Shown piece by piece: positions 8,866 to 18,167 of a stretch of 64,000 bases of DNA. The notes beneath the pieces are model-generated. The model did not search any database, was not told the origin of the DNA, and worked only from the letters and a program-made list of their open reading frames with translations. The stretch covers positions 562 through 64,561 of the forward strand of contig RFHQ01000063.1 of NCBI GenBank assembly GCA_003695765.1, in the 5' to 3' direction. Every line of letters begins with the position of its first letter. Position 1 is the first letter of the stretch. Made by a program: the position numbers and the translations under genes. This DNA is from Gammaproteobacteria bacterium. Lineage in GTDB: Bacteria > Pseudomonadota > Gammaproteobacteria > Steroidobacterales > GCA-2729495.

Positions 8866-9624
8866 ATGCCCCGCATCGCACCGCCCCCTGCCAGCCGGCA
8901 CCTGGCCCTTTTCCTGGACCTGGACGGGACCCTGGTGCCGATCGCCGACCGGCCCGAAGACGTGCATGCCGACGGCGAGTTGCTGGCGCTGCTCGCAGCG
9001 CTGCAACAGGCGCTGGACGGCGCGCTGGCCATCGTCTCCGGGCGCAGCATCGCCGGCATCGACGCGGTGCTCGCGCCCTTGCGGCTCCCGGCGGCGGGCC
9101 TTCACGGCCTGGAACTGCGCGGCGGCGATGGCAGCGTCGAACGGCTTGCCAGTGCCAGCGTGCCGGCCGCCACCCGCGAGCGCCTGGCAGAACTGGTTGC
9201 GCGCCATCCCGGGCTGCTGCTGGAAGACAAGGGGCCCTGCCTGGCCCTGCACTACCGCGGCGCACCGGAACTGGCCGGCGTCGCCGAGGCCGCCGTCGGC
9301 GAGGAATTGCAGCGTCTCGGTCCCGATTACCTCCTCCAGCGTGGCAAGATGGTGCTGGAACTGAGACCGGCGGGCGCCAGCAAGGGCACGGCCGTCGAAC
9401 GCCTCGCGAGCCGGCCGCCCTGGGCGGGCCGGCGACCGGTCTACATTGGTGACGATGCAACCGACGAACACGGCTTCGAGGCGGTCAACCGGCTCGGCGG
9501 AGACAGCATCCGGGTCGCAGCGGCAGCGGAACCGACCGCGGCCCGCTGGCGGCTCGCGGACGAGGCCGCCGTGCGCCGCTGGCTCGCCGCACTCGTCGCC
9601 CCCGACTCGCAGCACTGCGCATGA
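8866..9624 (+). CDS. otsB: Trehalose-6-phosphate phosphatase
   Basis: The HAD-IIB motif LALFLDLDGTLVPIA is present with overall OtsB-like sequence. It is the first gene of the ots operon. Confidence 0.9.
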   Translation: MPRIAPPPASRHLALFLDLDGTLVPIADRPEDVHADGELLALLAALQQALDGALAIVSGRSIAGIDAVLAPLRLPAAGLHGLELRGGDGSVERLASASVPAATRERLAELVARHPGLLLEDKGPCLALHYRGAPELAGVAEAAVGEELQRLGPDYLLQRGKMVLELRPAGASKGTAVERLASRPPWAGRRPVYIGDDATDEHGFEAVNRLGGDSIRVAAAAEPTAARWRLADEAAVRRWLAALVAPDSQHCA

Positions 9625-11402
9625 ATAACCTGGATCTCGCGGTCATCGGCAACTGCCAGATCAGCGCCCTGCTGGACCGGCGGGCGCGTATCGTCTGGTC
9701 CTGCCTGCCCCGCCTGGACGGAAACCCGGCCTTCTGCAGCCTGCTCGAACCCGCCGCCGACGATGGCCGCGGCGTCTACGAGGTGGAACTGGTCGACTTC
9801 GCCCATGCCGAGCAGGAATACCTGCGCAATACGCCGATCGTGCAGACGACGCTGTACGACAGTCACGGCAATGCCGTGCGGATCACCGATTTCGCCCCGC
9901 GCTTCCAGCTCTTCGGGCGCAGCTATCACCCGATCATGCTGATCCGCACGCTGACGCCGGTGCACGGCTGGCCACGGCTGCGCCTGCGGATCCGGCCGAC
10001 CGGCGAGTACGGCGCGCGGCTGCCGGAAGTCACGCACGGCAGCAATCACATCCGCTTCGTGCTGCCGGAGGTCGTGCTGCGCGTGACCACCGACGTCTCG
10101 CTCGCTGCGATCCTCGAGGAAAAGCCCTTTGTGCTGACCGGGCCCCGACACCTGGTCCTCGGGCTGGACGAGCCGATCCCGGAGAGCGTCGGCGAGCTGG
10201 CGCGCGAGCACTTCGGCCACACCCGTGATTACTGGCTGAGCTGGGTCCGCGGCCTGGCGATACCGTTCGAGTGGCAGGAAGCGGTCATCCGCGCGGCCAT
10301 CACGCTGAAGCTCTGCACCTACGAGGACACCGGCGCGGTCATCGCAGCCATGACCACGTCGATTCCCGAAGCGCCGAACAGCGGCCGCAACTGGGACTAC
10401 CGCTACTGCTGGATCCGGGACAGCTACTTCGTCGTTCAGGCCCTGAACAGCCTCGGCGCGACCAAGACCATGGAAGCCTATCTGCGCTACATCCTGAACG
10501 TGTCGTTGGAAGCCGGCGATACGCTGCAGCCGGTCTATGGCATCACCGGGGACGCGGAACTGCCGGAACGGATCGTCGACAGCCTGCGCGGCTATCGCGG
10601 CATGGGTCCGGTGCGGGTCGGCAACGCCGCCTACGAGCAGGTCCAGAACGACGTCTACGGCGCGGTCGTGCTGTCCGCGACGCAATACTTCTTCGACAGC
10701 CGCCTGGCCGATCCCACACAGGCCGACAACTTCGAGCGCCTGGAACTGCTCGGCCACCGCGCAGCGGAACTGTACGACCAGCCCGATGCCGGTATCTGGG
10801 AATACCGCGGGCGCCAGCGGGTCCACACCTTTTCCAGCATCATGTGCTGGGCCGCTTGCGACCGGCTGGCGAAGATCGCCGCCCGGATCGGGCAGGACGA
10901 GCGCTGCCGTTACTGGCGCCGGCTGGCGGACCGGATCCACGAGGTCATCTGCGAGCGCGCCTGGGATGCGCAGCGTCAGACCTTCACCGACGCCTTCGGC
11001 CAGCCGGAACTCGATGCCAGCCTGCTGGTGATGCCCAGCCTCGGCTTCCTGCGCGCCGAAGATCCGCGCTTCGCCGGCACACTGCGCGCGATCGAGCAGG
11101 CGCTGAGGCACGGCGATCACCTGATGCGCTACCGCGCGCCGGACGATTTCGGCGAGCCCGAAAACGCCTTCAATATCTGCACCTTCTGGTACATCGACGC
11201 ACTGGCTGCTGCCGGTCGCGCCGCCGAGGCCCGCGAACTGTTCGAGAACATGCTTGCCTGCCGCAACAGCCTGGGACTGCTGTCCGAGGATCTCGATCCG
11301 CGCAGCGGCGAACTCTGGGGCAACTTTCCGCAGACCTACAGCATGGTCGGCATCATCAATGCGGCGCGGCGCCTGAGCCGCAGCTGGGAGGAGGCCTTGT
11401 GA
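9621..11402 (+). CDS. Glycoside hydrolase family 15 (glucoamylase/trehalase-like)
   Basis: The N-terminus LAVIGNCQISALLDRRARIVWSCLPRLDGNPAFCSLL and the motifs YRYCWIRDS and CTFWYIDAL are typical of bacterial GH15 proteins. Its start overlaps the otsB stop by 4 nt (ATGA). Confidence 0.9.
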   Translation: MNNLDLAVIGNCQISALLDRRARIVWSCLPRLDGNPAFCSLLEPAADDGRGVYEVELVDFAHAEQEYLRNTPIVQTTLYDSHGNAVRITDFAPRFQLFGRSYHPIMLIRTLTPVHGWPRLRLRIRPTGEYGARLPEVTHGSNHIRFVLPEVVLRVTTDVSLAAILEEKPFVLTGPRHLVLGLDEPIPESVGELAREHFGHTRDYWLSWVRGLAIPFEWQEAVIRAAITLKLCTYEDTGAVIAAMTTSIPEAPNSGRNWDYRYCWIRDSYFVVQALNSLGATKTMEAYLRYILNVSLEAGDTLQPVYGITGDAELPERIVDSLRGYRGMGPVRVGNAAYEQVQNDVYGAVVLSATQYFFDSRLADPTQADNFERLELLGHRAAELYDQPDAGIWEYRGRQRVHTFSSIMCWAACDRLAKIAARIGQDERCRYWRRLADRIHEVICERAWDAQRQTFTDAFGQPELDASLLVMPSLGFLRAEDPRFAGTLRAIEQALRHGDHLMRYRAPDDFGEPENAFNICTFWYIDALAAAGRAAEARELFENMLACRNSLGLLSEDLDPRSGELWGNFPQTYSMVGIINAARRLSRSWEEAL

Positions 11403-12778
11403 GCCGCGTCATCGCCGTGTCGAACCGGGTGGCGCGGCCACGCGGCGGCAGCAAGTCGGCCGGTGGCCTTGCGGTCGGCGTGCTCGCAGCTCTCAAGGAA
11501 CACGGTGGCCTGTGGTTCGGCTGGAACGGGCGTACGGTGCGCGGCGAGCCCGGAGACGTGACGCTGGAGGAAGACGGCCGCATCAGCTACGCGACCATCG
11601 ACCTGAACGAACAGGCCTACGAACTCTATTACAACGGCTTCAGCAACACCTCGCTGTGGCCGATCTGCCACTACCTGCTCGGATTCTTCCGTTACGAGCG
11701 GCGGGAGTTCGATGCCTACCGCCGGGTCAACGCGCTGTTCGCGCGCAAGCTGCTGCCACTGCTGCAACCCGACGACCTGATCTGGGTACACGACTATCAC
11801 CTGATCCCGCTGGCCTCGGAGCTGCGGCGGGCCGGGGCGCGCCAGCCGATCGGCTTCTATCTGCACGTGCCGTTCCCGGACATCGAGGTATTGCGTGTCC
11901 TGCCCGTCTACCGTGAACTGCTGCGCTCGCTGTGCGCCTACGACGTCGTCGGCTTCCAGACGCCGCGCGACCTGCGCTGCTTCAAGGAAGCGATCGCGGA
12001 GCGCGACATCGGCGGGCTGGAGCGCGCCGATCGCCGCAATACGCGGCCGGCCGCGCCGATGCATGCCGATGCCTTCCCGATCGGCATCGACGTGGACGAC
12101 TGTCAGGCGCTGGCGATGGAAAGCGGCGAGCAGGACAATGTGCGCCGCATGGTTCGCCACCTGCACGGCCGCCAGCTGCTGATCGGCGTGGACCGGCTGG
12201 ACTACAGCAAGGGCCTGCCGGACCGTTTCCGCGCCTTCGCCCGGCTGCTGGAGAACTACCCGGCGATTCGCAATCATGTCTCCTATCTGCAGATCGCGCC
12301 GGCGACCCGTTCCGGCGTCCGCGCCTATGCCGAGATCCGTCAGGAACTGGAGCAGCTGGCGGGCAAGATCAACGGCGAGTTCGCGGACATCGACTGGGTG
12401 CCGATCCGCTACCTGAACCGGGCCTTCGACCGGCCGACGCTGATGGCGTTCTTCCGCGAGGCCTCGGTCGGGCTGGTCACGCCGCTGCGCGACGGCATGA
12501 ACCTGGTGGCCAAGGAATTCATCGCCGCCCAGGACGAGACCGATCCCGGCGTTCTGGTGCTGTCGCAACTGGCCGGCGCGGCCGAGGAACTCACCGAAGC
12601 CGTGCTCGTCAATCCCTACGACGTCGACGGGGTCGCCGACGGCGTCCACCGCGCGCTGAGCATGCCGCGGGAGGAACGCGTCGAGCGGCACGCGAGCATG
12701 CTGGCGACCCTGCGCCGCAATGACATCACGGCCTGGCGCAGCCGCTTCGTCGACGCGCTGCTGGCGGCCCGGCAATGA
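11399..12778 (+). CDS. otsA: Alpha,alpha-trehalose-phosphate synthase (GT20)
   Basis: SNRV...[11 protein letters not shown]...[21 protein letters not shown] and VNPYD motifs are present. The GTG start at 11399 overlaps the GH15 stop (GTGA). Confidence 0.92.
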   Translation: MSRVIAVSNRVARPRGGSKSAGGLAVGVLAALKEHGGLWFGWNGRTVRGEPGDVTLEEDGRISYATIDLNEQAYELYYNGFSNTSLWPICHYLLGFFRYERREFDAYRRVNALFARKLLPLLQPDDLIWVHDYHLIPLASELRRAGARQPIGFYLHVPFPDIEVLRVLPVYRELLRSLCAYDVVGFQTPRDLRCFKEAIAERDIGGLERADRRNTRPAAPMHADAFPIGIDVDDCQALAMESGEQDNVRRMVRHLHGRQLLIGVDRLDYSKGLPDRFRAFARLLENYPAIRNHVSYLQIAPATRSGVRAYAEIRQELEQLAGKINGEFADIDWVPIRYLNRAFDRPTLMAFFREASVGLVTPLRDGMNLVAKEFIAAQDETDPGVLVLSQLAGAAEELTEAVLVNPYDVDGVADGVHRALSMPREERVERHASMLATLRRNDITAWRSRFVDALLAARQ

Positions 12779-13698
12779 CGGCCCTGCTGGCCGACATCGG
12801 CGGCACCCACACGCGCTGCGCGATCAGTGCGGCCGGTCGCATCACGCAGCAACGTGAATACCTCAACGCCGACTGGAGCGGTGTCGAGCCGCTGCTGCGC
12901 CACTATCTGGATCGCCTGCCGGAACGCCCGCGGCGCGCGCTGCTGGCCGTCGCCGCGCCCTTGCAGGACGACCACGTCGACATGATCAATATCGACTGGC
13001 AATTCTCGCGCCGGGCGCTGCGCGAGGCACTGGGGCTTCAGGCGCTGGACGTGCTGAACGACTTCGAAGCGCTGGCCTACGCGCTGCCGGTGCTGAACGA
13101 CGGGCAGTTGCTGCAGATCGGCCCCGGCCACCCGCGCGCCGGCGCAACGAAAGCGGTGATCGGGCCGGGCACCGGGCTCGGCGTCGGCGTGCTGGCGCCG
13201 CTCGGCGACGACTGGCAGGCCCTGGCCAGCGAGGGTGGGCACGTGACGCTGCCGGCCTGCAACGACGCCGAGGCGGACCTGATCCGGCGGGCGCGTGACG
13301 AACTGGGGCATTGCTCGGCGGAACGCCTGGTCTCCGGGCCGGGCCTGTCACTGTTGCACCAGCTGCTGCACGGCGGCCCGCGCTTGCCGGCCGAGCGGCT
13401 GGGCGATCTGATCGAAGCCGGCGATGCGGCCGCGCGAAGCAGTCTGGAGACCCTGTTCCTGTTCCTCGGCACCGTGGCCTCGGACCTGGCGCTGACGGTC
13501 GGCGCCTGGGGCGGAATCTACATCGGCGGCGGCATCGTGCCCCGCTACCGCGAACTGTTCGCGGCGTCCGGGTTTCGCGCCCGGTTCATCGACAAGGGCC
13601 GCTACCAGCGGCTGCTCGAGAACACACCGACCTGGCTGATCGTGGCGCACAATCCAGCGCTGCTGGGCCTGCACCAGCGCGCGGCCCGGCGGGACTGA
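12775..13698 (+). CDS. glk: Glucokinase
   Basis: LLADIGGTHTRCA, IGPGTGLGV and EGGHV motifs are present. The ATGA overlap with otsA indicates translational coupling. Confidence 0.9.
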   Translation: MTALLADIGGTHTRCAISAAGRITQQREYLNADWSGVEPLLRHYLDRLPERPRRALLAVAAPLQDDHVDMINIDWQFSRRALREALGLQALDVLNDFEALAYALPVLNDGQLLQIGPGHPRAGATKAVIGPGTGLGVGVLAPLGDDWQALASEGGHVTLPACNDAEADLIRRARDELGHCSAERLVSGPGLSLLHQLLHGGPRLPAERLGDLIEAGDAAARSSLETLFLFLGTVASDLALTVGAWGGIYIGGGIVPRYRELFAASGFRARFIDKGRYQRLLENTPTWLIVAHNPALLGLHQRAARRD

Positions 13699-13704
13699 CA
13701 CCCC

Positions 13705-13905
13705 TCAGCCCCCGTCTTCCCGCAGGCGCTGCTCCAATTGCTGCTTGCGCTCGAGGCTCAGGTCTTCGACCGCCTCGGCGCGGTCCAGCGTGTTCGTCAA
13801 GGGGTCGAAGGCCGACTCTTCCGGCGGCGGTTCCCGGCCGCCGCAGCCGACCAGCAGCAGGGCCACGGCCAGCAGTGGCAGGAGGCGACAGTCAGGCGCC
13901 TGCAT
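13705..13905 (-). CDS. Small putative lipoprotein
   Basis: The product is 66 aa with a signal peptide and a lipobox-like LLVGC. Third positions are GC-rich. It overlaps the upstream hydrolase gene by 14 nt. Confidence 0.55.
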   Translation of the reverse strand: MQAPDCRLLPLLAVALLLVGCGGREPPPEESAFDPLTNTLDRAEAVEDLSLERKQQLEQRLREDGG

Positions 13906-14425
13906 CTTGTGAGTCCTCCGCGTCGAGCATGCTCAGGAAGGCTTCGAGTTCACGGCAGATGACGTCGATATTCGCGGTCAGGCGATGATCGCCGTCCAGC
14001 AACAGCAGGCTGCCCAGGGTTTCGCGGGCATAACGCAGGCTACCCTCGCAGGGCACGACGTCGTCGCGCCAGCCATGCACGATGAAGGTCGGACAGGCCG
14101 GGAGGCTGCCCGGCAGCCACTGCTCCAGCGGCGGCAGGTACAAGGCCGGCGCCAGCAGGAACAGCCCGCGCACCGGCCGGCGCGCGGCGGCGCGGACGGA
14201 GACGAAGCCGCCCATGCTGCTGCCGACGAGCACCGGCGCGCCACCGAGTTCGACCAGCCGGCCATCGAGTTTCGCGGCCCGCTCGCGCGGATCCTCCATG
14301 CCCTGGTAATCCAGCGACTCGACCGTCCAGCCGAGGCCCCGGGCGACCCCGGCCATCGCCCGGATCTTCGTTCCCCAGGGACCGCTTTCCTGGCCGTGCG
14401 AAAAACAGACGTGACGCAAGCGCAT
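13892..14425 (-). CDS. Alpha/beta hydrolase (YqiA-like esterase fold)
   Basis: The nucleophile elbow GSSMGG and a late H (DGDHRL) are present. Start taken at MRLRHVCFSHG (ATG 14423-14425). The upstream part of the track ORF is Arg/Pro-rich and unlikely to be coding. Confidence 0.75.
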   Translation of the reverse strand: MRLRHVCFSHGQESGPWGTKIRAMAGVARGLGWTVESLDYQGMEDPRERAAKLDGRLVELGGAPVLVGSSMGGFVSVRAAARRPVRGLFLLAPALYLPPLEQWLPGSLPACPTFIVHGWRDDVVPCEGSLRYARETLGSLLLLDGDHRLTANIDVICRELEAFLSMLDAEDSQDAGA

Positions 14426-14555
14426 GCGGAATTCACTGCAAGAGCCGGGCCGATGCCGGCATGCTAACCGAAGCGGCCCGCGGGATACTATCGGCCCTGC
14501 CGGGCGCCGGTGGATAGCGCCGCCGCGCGGCCTTTCCGTTGCACAGGGGTGAGCG

Positions 14556-17500
14556 ATGCCGGACAGGGGCTGGCAATTCTGGGTCGATCGCGGCGGCACC
14601 TTCACCGATGTCATCGGCGTTGCGCCGGACGGCCGGCTGTACAGCCACAAGCTGCTGTCGGAGAACCCGGAGCGCTATCGCGATGCGGCCGTCGCCGGCA
14701 TCCGCGCATTGCTGGACCGCCACGACCCGGACGGCGAGGTCGCCGCCGTGCGTATGGGCACGACCGTGGCCACGAACGCCTTGCTGGAACGGCGCGGTGA
14801 GCCGCTGCTGTACGTGACCACGGCCGGTTTCGGCGATGCATTGCGCATCGGCTACCAGAACCGCCCGGACCTCTTCGCGCTGCGCATCGTGCGGCCCGAG
14901 CCTTTGCCGGCGGCGGTGCTCGAAGTCGACGAACGCGTCACCGCCGATGGCGAGCCGCTGCGGCCCCTCGATGTCGAACAGGCCCGCGAGGGACTGCAGG
15001 CTCATTACCGGCAGGGCTTGCGCGCAGTCGCCGTCTGCCTCGTGCACGGCCACCGTCATCCGCGCAACGAGCGCCGGCTCGGCGAACTGGCGCGGGAAAT
15101 CGGATTCTCCCAGGTCTCGCTGTCCCACGAGGTCAATCCCCTGGTGAGGCTGGTCGGGCGCGGGGACACGACGGTCGCCGACGCCTACCTGACGCCGGTG
15201 CTGGAGCGCTATACCCGCGGCCTCGAAGCGGAACTGCGCGCAGCCGGCATCCAGCCGAAGCATCTGCTGTTCATGCAGAGCAACGGCGGCCTGGTCGACC
15301 GCCGGCACTTTCGCGGCAAGGACAGCGTCCTGTCCGGGCCGGCCGGCGGAGTCGTCGGCATGGTCAGCGCCTGCCGGGACATCAGCGACCGGCTGATCGG
15401 TTTCGACATGGGCGGAACTTCGACGGACGTGGCCCTGTACGACGGCGACTACGAGCGGGTCCAGGAAACCGAGATCGCCGGCGTGCGGCTGCGGGCGCCG
15501 ATGATCCGGATCCATACGGTCGCCGCCGGCGGTGGCTCGATCCTCCGCTACGCCGACGGCCGCTTCCGTGCCGGCCCGCAGTCCGCCGGGGCCAATCCGG
15601 GACCGCTGGCCTACCGTCGCGGCGGGCCCCTGACCGTCACCGACGCGAACCTGATGCTCGGCCGGCTGCTGCCGGCGCACTTTCCGCGCGTGTTCGGACC
15701 GGACGGTGACCTGCCGCTGGACGTCGCCAGCGTGCGTGAGGCCTTCGGCAGCCTGGCCGCAGAACTGGCCACGCAGGGCACGACGATGCGGCCGGAGGAC
15801 GTCGCCGCCGGCTTCGTGCGCGTGGCCGTCGACAACATGGCCAACGCCATCAAGAAGGTCTCCTTGCAGCGCGGGCAGGACCCGGCCGCGTTCACGCTCT
15901 GCTGCTTCGGCGGCGCCGGTGGACAGCATGCCTGCCAGGTCGCCGCCGCCCTCGGCATGCGCGAGGTCGTGATCCATCCACTGGCCGGGCTGCTGTCGGC
16001 TTTCGGTATCGGCACGGCGCCGCAGCGGGTGTACCGCGAGGCCGGCATCGGCGAAGCGCTGCAGCCCTCGCTGGCGCCCCGCCTGCAAGCGCGGATCGCC
16101 GAACTCTCAGCCGCCTGCCGCGCCGAGCTGCAGGCGCAGGCGGTGGCGCCAGCATCGGTCGAGATCGCGTGCACGCTGCAGCTTCGCGTGCCGGGCACCG
16201 ATACCAGCCTCCCGGTGTCGTTCGATGGCGACATCGAGCAGGCGCGGCAGGCTTTCGCGCGGGCGCACCAGCAGCGTTTCGGTTTCGCGGCCGACACCGC
16301 GCAGCTGCTGATCGATTCGCTGCGGGTGGATGCCAGCGGCGGCGGCAAGCACCCACCGCTGCAGGCCGCGCCGCCGGATGGCGACGCGCTGCCGGTCGAA
16401 CAGGTATCGATGTTCGCCGGCGACGAATGGCATGCAACGCCGGTCTACCGCCGGGTCGAGCTGCCGGCCGGCACGGTGATCGAAGGCCCGGCGCTGGTCA
16501 CCGACGCGTACGCGACCACCGTGGTCGAACCAGGCTGGTCGCTGCGCGTGGACAGCGCTGGCCGCCTGCGCCTGCGCGGCGAGTCCCCGCCCCGGATGGC
16601 CACCACGCAGACGGCGGCCGACCCGGTGCTGCTGGAGCTGTTCAACAACCACTTCATGAGCGTGGCCGAACAGATGGGGGCCGTGCTAGAGAACACGGCG
16701 CACTCGGTGAACATCAAGGAACGGCGGGATTTTTCCTGCGCCGTGTTCGACGCGGCCGGCCAGTTGCTGGCCAATGCGCCGCACATCCCCGTGCACCTCG
16801 GCTCGATGAGCGACAGTGTGCGCAGCGTGCTCGAGCGCGTGCGCCTCGCGCCGGGTGACGCCTGGCTGCTGAACGATCCGTTCCACGGTGGCACGCACCT
16901 GCCCGACATGACGGTTGTCAGCCCGGTCTTCGATGCCAGCGGCTCGCGACTGCAATTCCTCGTCGCCTGCCGGGCACACCATGCCGATGTCGGCGGCCTG
17001 ACGCCGGGCTCCATGCCGGCTTTCAGTCGTCGGCTCGACGAAGAGGGCGTGTGCTTCGACTGCTTTCCGCTGGTCCGCGACGGCGAGATGCGGACCGCAG
17101 CCCTGCGCGAGAAACTGCTCGCCGGACCCTGGCCGGCCCGCAAGCCCGAGCGCAACATCGCCGACCTGCGGGCCCAGCTCGCGGCCAACGCCAAGGGCAT
17201 CGCCGAACTCAGGCGGATGCTGGATCATTTCGGCGAGCCGACCGTACTCGCCTATGCGCAGCACGTGCAGGACAACGCCGCCGCCGCGGTCGCCGAGGCC
17301 ATCCGCGGGCTCGCTGCCGGTCACGGGGAATGCGGCCTGGACGACGGCAGCTGGATCCGCGTGAGCCTGCAGCCGGGCGGCGCCGGGCTCGTAGTCGACT
17401 TTGCGGGCAGCTCGCCGCAGTCACCCGGCAATTTCAATGCGCCGACCGGTGTCACGCATGCGGCGGTCGTCTATGCCTTCCGCTGCCTCGTGGAACGCGA

Positions 17501-18140
17501 GATCCCGTTGAACGCCGGCTGCCTGCGGCCGCTGGAGATCCGCATTCCGCGCGGCAGCCTGCTGAATCCCGCAGCGGGCGCCGCCGTGGCCTCCGGCAAT
17601 GTGGAGACCTCGCAGTGCATCGTCGATGCGCTGTTCGTCGCACTCGGCGTGCTCGCCGGCTCCCAGGGAACGATGAACAACCTGAGCTTCGGCGACGCGC
17701 GCTTCCAGTACTACGAGACCATCTGCGGCGGCGCGGGCGCCGGGCCGGGCTTTGCCGGCGCCAGTGCGGTGCACACGCACATGACGAACTCGCGGATCAC
17801 CGATGTCGAGATACTCGAGCAGCGCCTGCCGGTGCGGCTGCGAGAGTTCTCGATCCGCCGCGGCAGCGGTGGCGACGGGCGCTACCGTGGCGGCGACGGC
17901 GCGGTACGCCGGCTGGAGTTCCTCAGCGAGCTCGAACTGGCGATCGTCTCCAACCATCGCCGCAGCGGGCCGGCCGGCCTTGCCGGCGGCAGGGACGGCG
18001 CACCCGGCCGCAACACCCTGCTGCGCCGGGACGGCCGCCGCGAGGACCTGGGTGCCGTAGCCGCCTGCCGCGTACAGGCGGGCGACGTCTTGCTGATCGA
18101 GACCCCGGGCGGCGGCGGCTACGGTGCCCCGGACCGTTGA
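14556..18140 (+). CDS. Fused hydantoinase A/B-type ATP-dependent 5-oxoprolinase
   Basis: The product is 1194 aa. The N-terminal part matches HyuA ([21 protein letters not shown]) and the C-terminal part matches HyuB. Confidence 0.9.
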   Translation: MPDRGWQFWVDRGGTFTDVIGVAPDGRLYSHKLLSENPERYRDAAVAGIRALLDRHDPDGEVAAVRMGTTVATNALLERRGEPLLYVTTAGFGDALRIGYQNRPDLFALRIVRPEPLPAAVLEVDERVTADGEPLRPLDVEQAREGLQAHYRQGLRAVAVCLVHGHRHPRNERRLGELAREIGFSQVSLSHEVNPLVRLVGRGDTTVADAYLTPVLERYTRGLEAELRAAGIQPKHLLFMQSNGGLVDRRHFRGKDSVLSGPAGGVVGMVSACRDISDRLIGFDMGGTSTDVALYDGDYERVQETEIAGVRLRAPMIRIHTVAAGGGSILRYADGRFRAGPQSAGANPGPLAYRRGGPLTVTDANLMLGRLLPAHFPRVFGPDGDLPLDVASVREAFGSLAAELATQGTTMRPEDVAAGFVRVAVDNMANAIKKVSLQRGQDPAAFTLCCFGGAGGQHACQVAAALGMREVVIHPLAGLLSAFGIGTAPQRVYREAGIGEALQPSLAPRLQARIAELSAACRAELQAQAVAPASVEIACTLQLRVPGTDTSLPVSFDGDIEQARQAFARAHQQRFGFAADTAQLLIDSLRVDASGGGKHPPLQAAPPDGDALPVEQVSMFAGDEWHATPVYRRVELPAGTVIEGPALVTDAYATTVVEPGWSLRVDSAGRLRLRGESPPRMATTQTAADPVLLELFNNHFMSVAEQMGAVLENTAHSVNIKERRDFSCAVFDAAGQLLANAPHIPVHLGSMSDSVRSVLERVRLAPGDAWLLNDPFHGGTHLPDMTVVSPVFDASGSRLQFLVACRAHHADVGGLTPGSMPAFSRRLDEEGVCFDCFPLVRDGEMRTAALREKLLAGPWPARKPERNIADLRAQLAANAKGIAELRRMLDHFGEPTVLAYAQHVQDNAAAAVAEAIRGLAAGHGECGLDDGSWIRVSLQPGGAGLVVDFAGSSPQSPGNFNAPTGVTHAAVVYAFRCLVEREIPLNAGCLRPLEIRIPRGSLLNPAAGAAVASGNVETSQCIVDALFVALGVLAGSQGTMNNLSFGDARFQYYETICGGAGAGPGFAGASAVHTHMTNSRITDVEILEQRLPVRLREFSIRRGSGGDGRYRGGDGAVRRLEFLSELELAIVSNHRRSGPAGLAGGRDGAPGRNTLLRRDGRREDLGAVAACRVQAGDVLLIETPGGGGYGAPDR

Positions 18141-18167
18141 GACCGTTTTGCTTTATGCTCGCTGCCT

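Noticed and set aside
8382-9364. Track ORFs 8382..8573 (+), 8394..8837 (-), 8570..9364 (+) and others covering the DUF465-otsB gap
   Set aside because: Their compositions are implausible. They also cross the intrinsic terminator and the CA-repeat blocks, or run out of frame into otsB. The region is better explained as non-coding (promoter, sRNA, terminator).
9441-11120. 559-aa minus-strand ORF
   Set aside because: It is antisense to the GH15 gene and shows no recognisable motifs. It is a GC artefact.
13892-14650. Extended N-termini of several track ORFs (13892..14650, 48455..49795, 53202..53981, 51889..53205, 6582..7811, 21872..22735, 58519..60036)
   Set aside because: In each case the conserved protein begins at an internal ATG, often with a Shine-Dalgarno sequence or a stop/start overlap with the upstream gene. 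The upstream extension is Arg/Pro/Gly-rich and overlaps a neighbouring gene or promoter region.
14433-16088. 551-aa minus-strand ORF
   Set aside because: It is antisense to the 5-oxoprolinase gene, has Arg/Ala/Gly-rich composition and shows no motifs.
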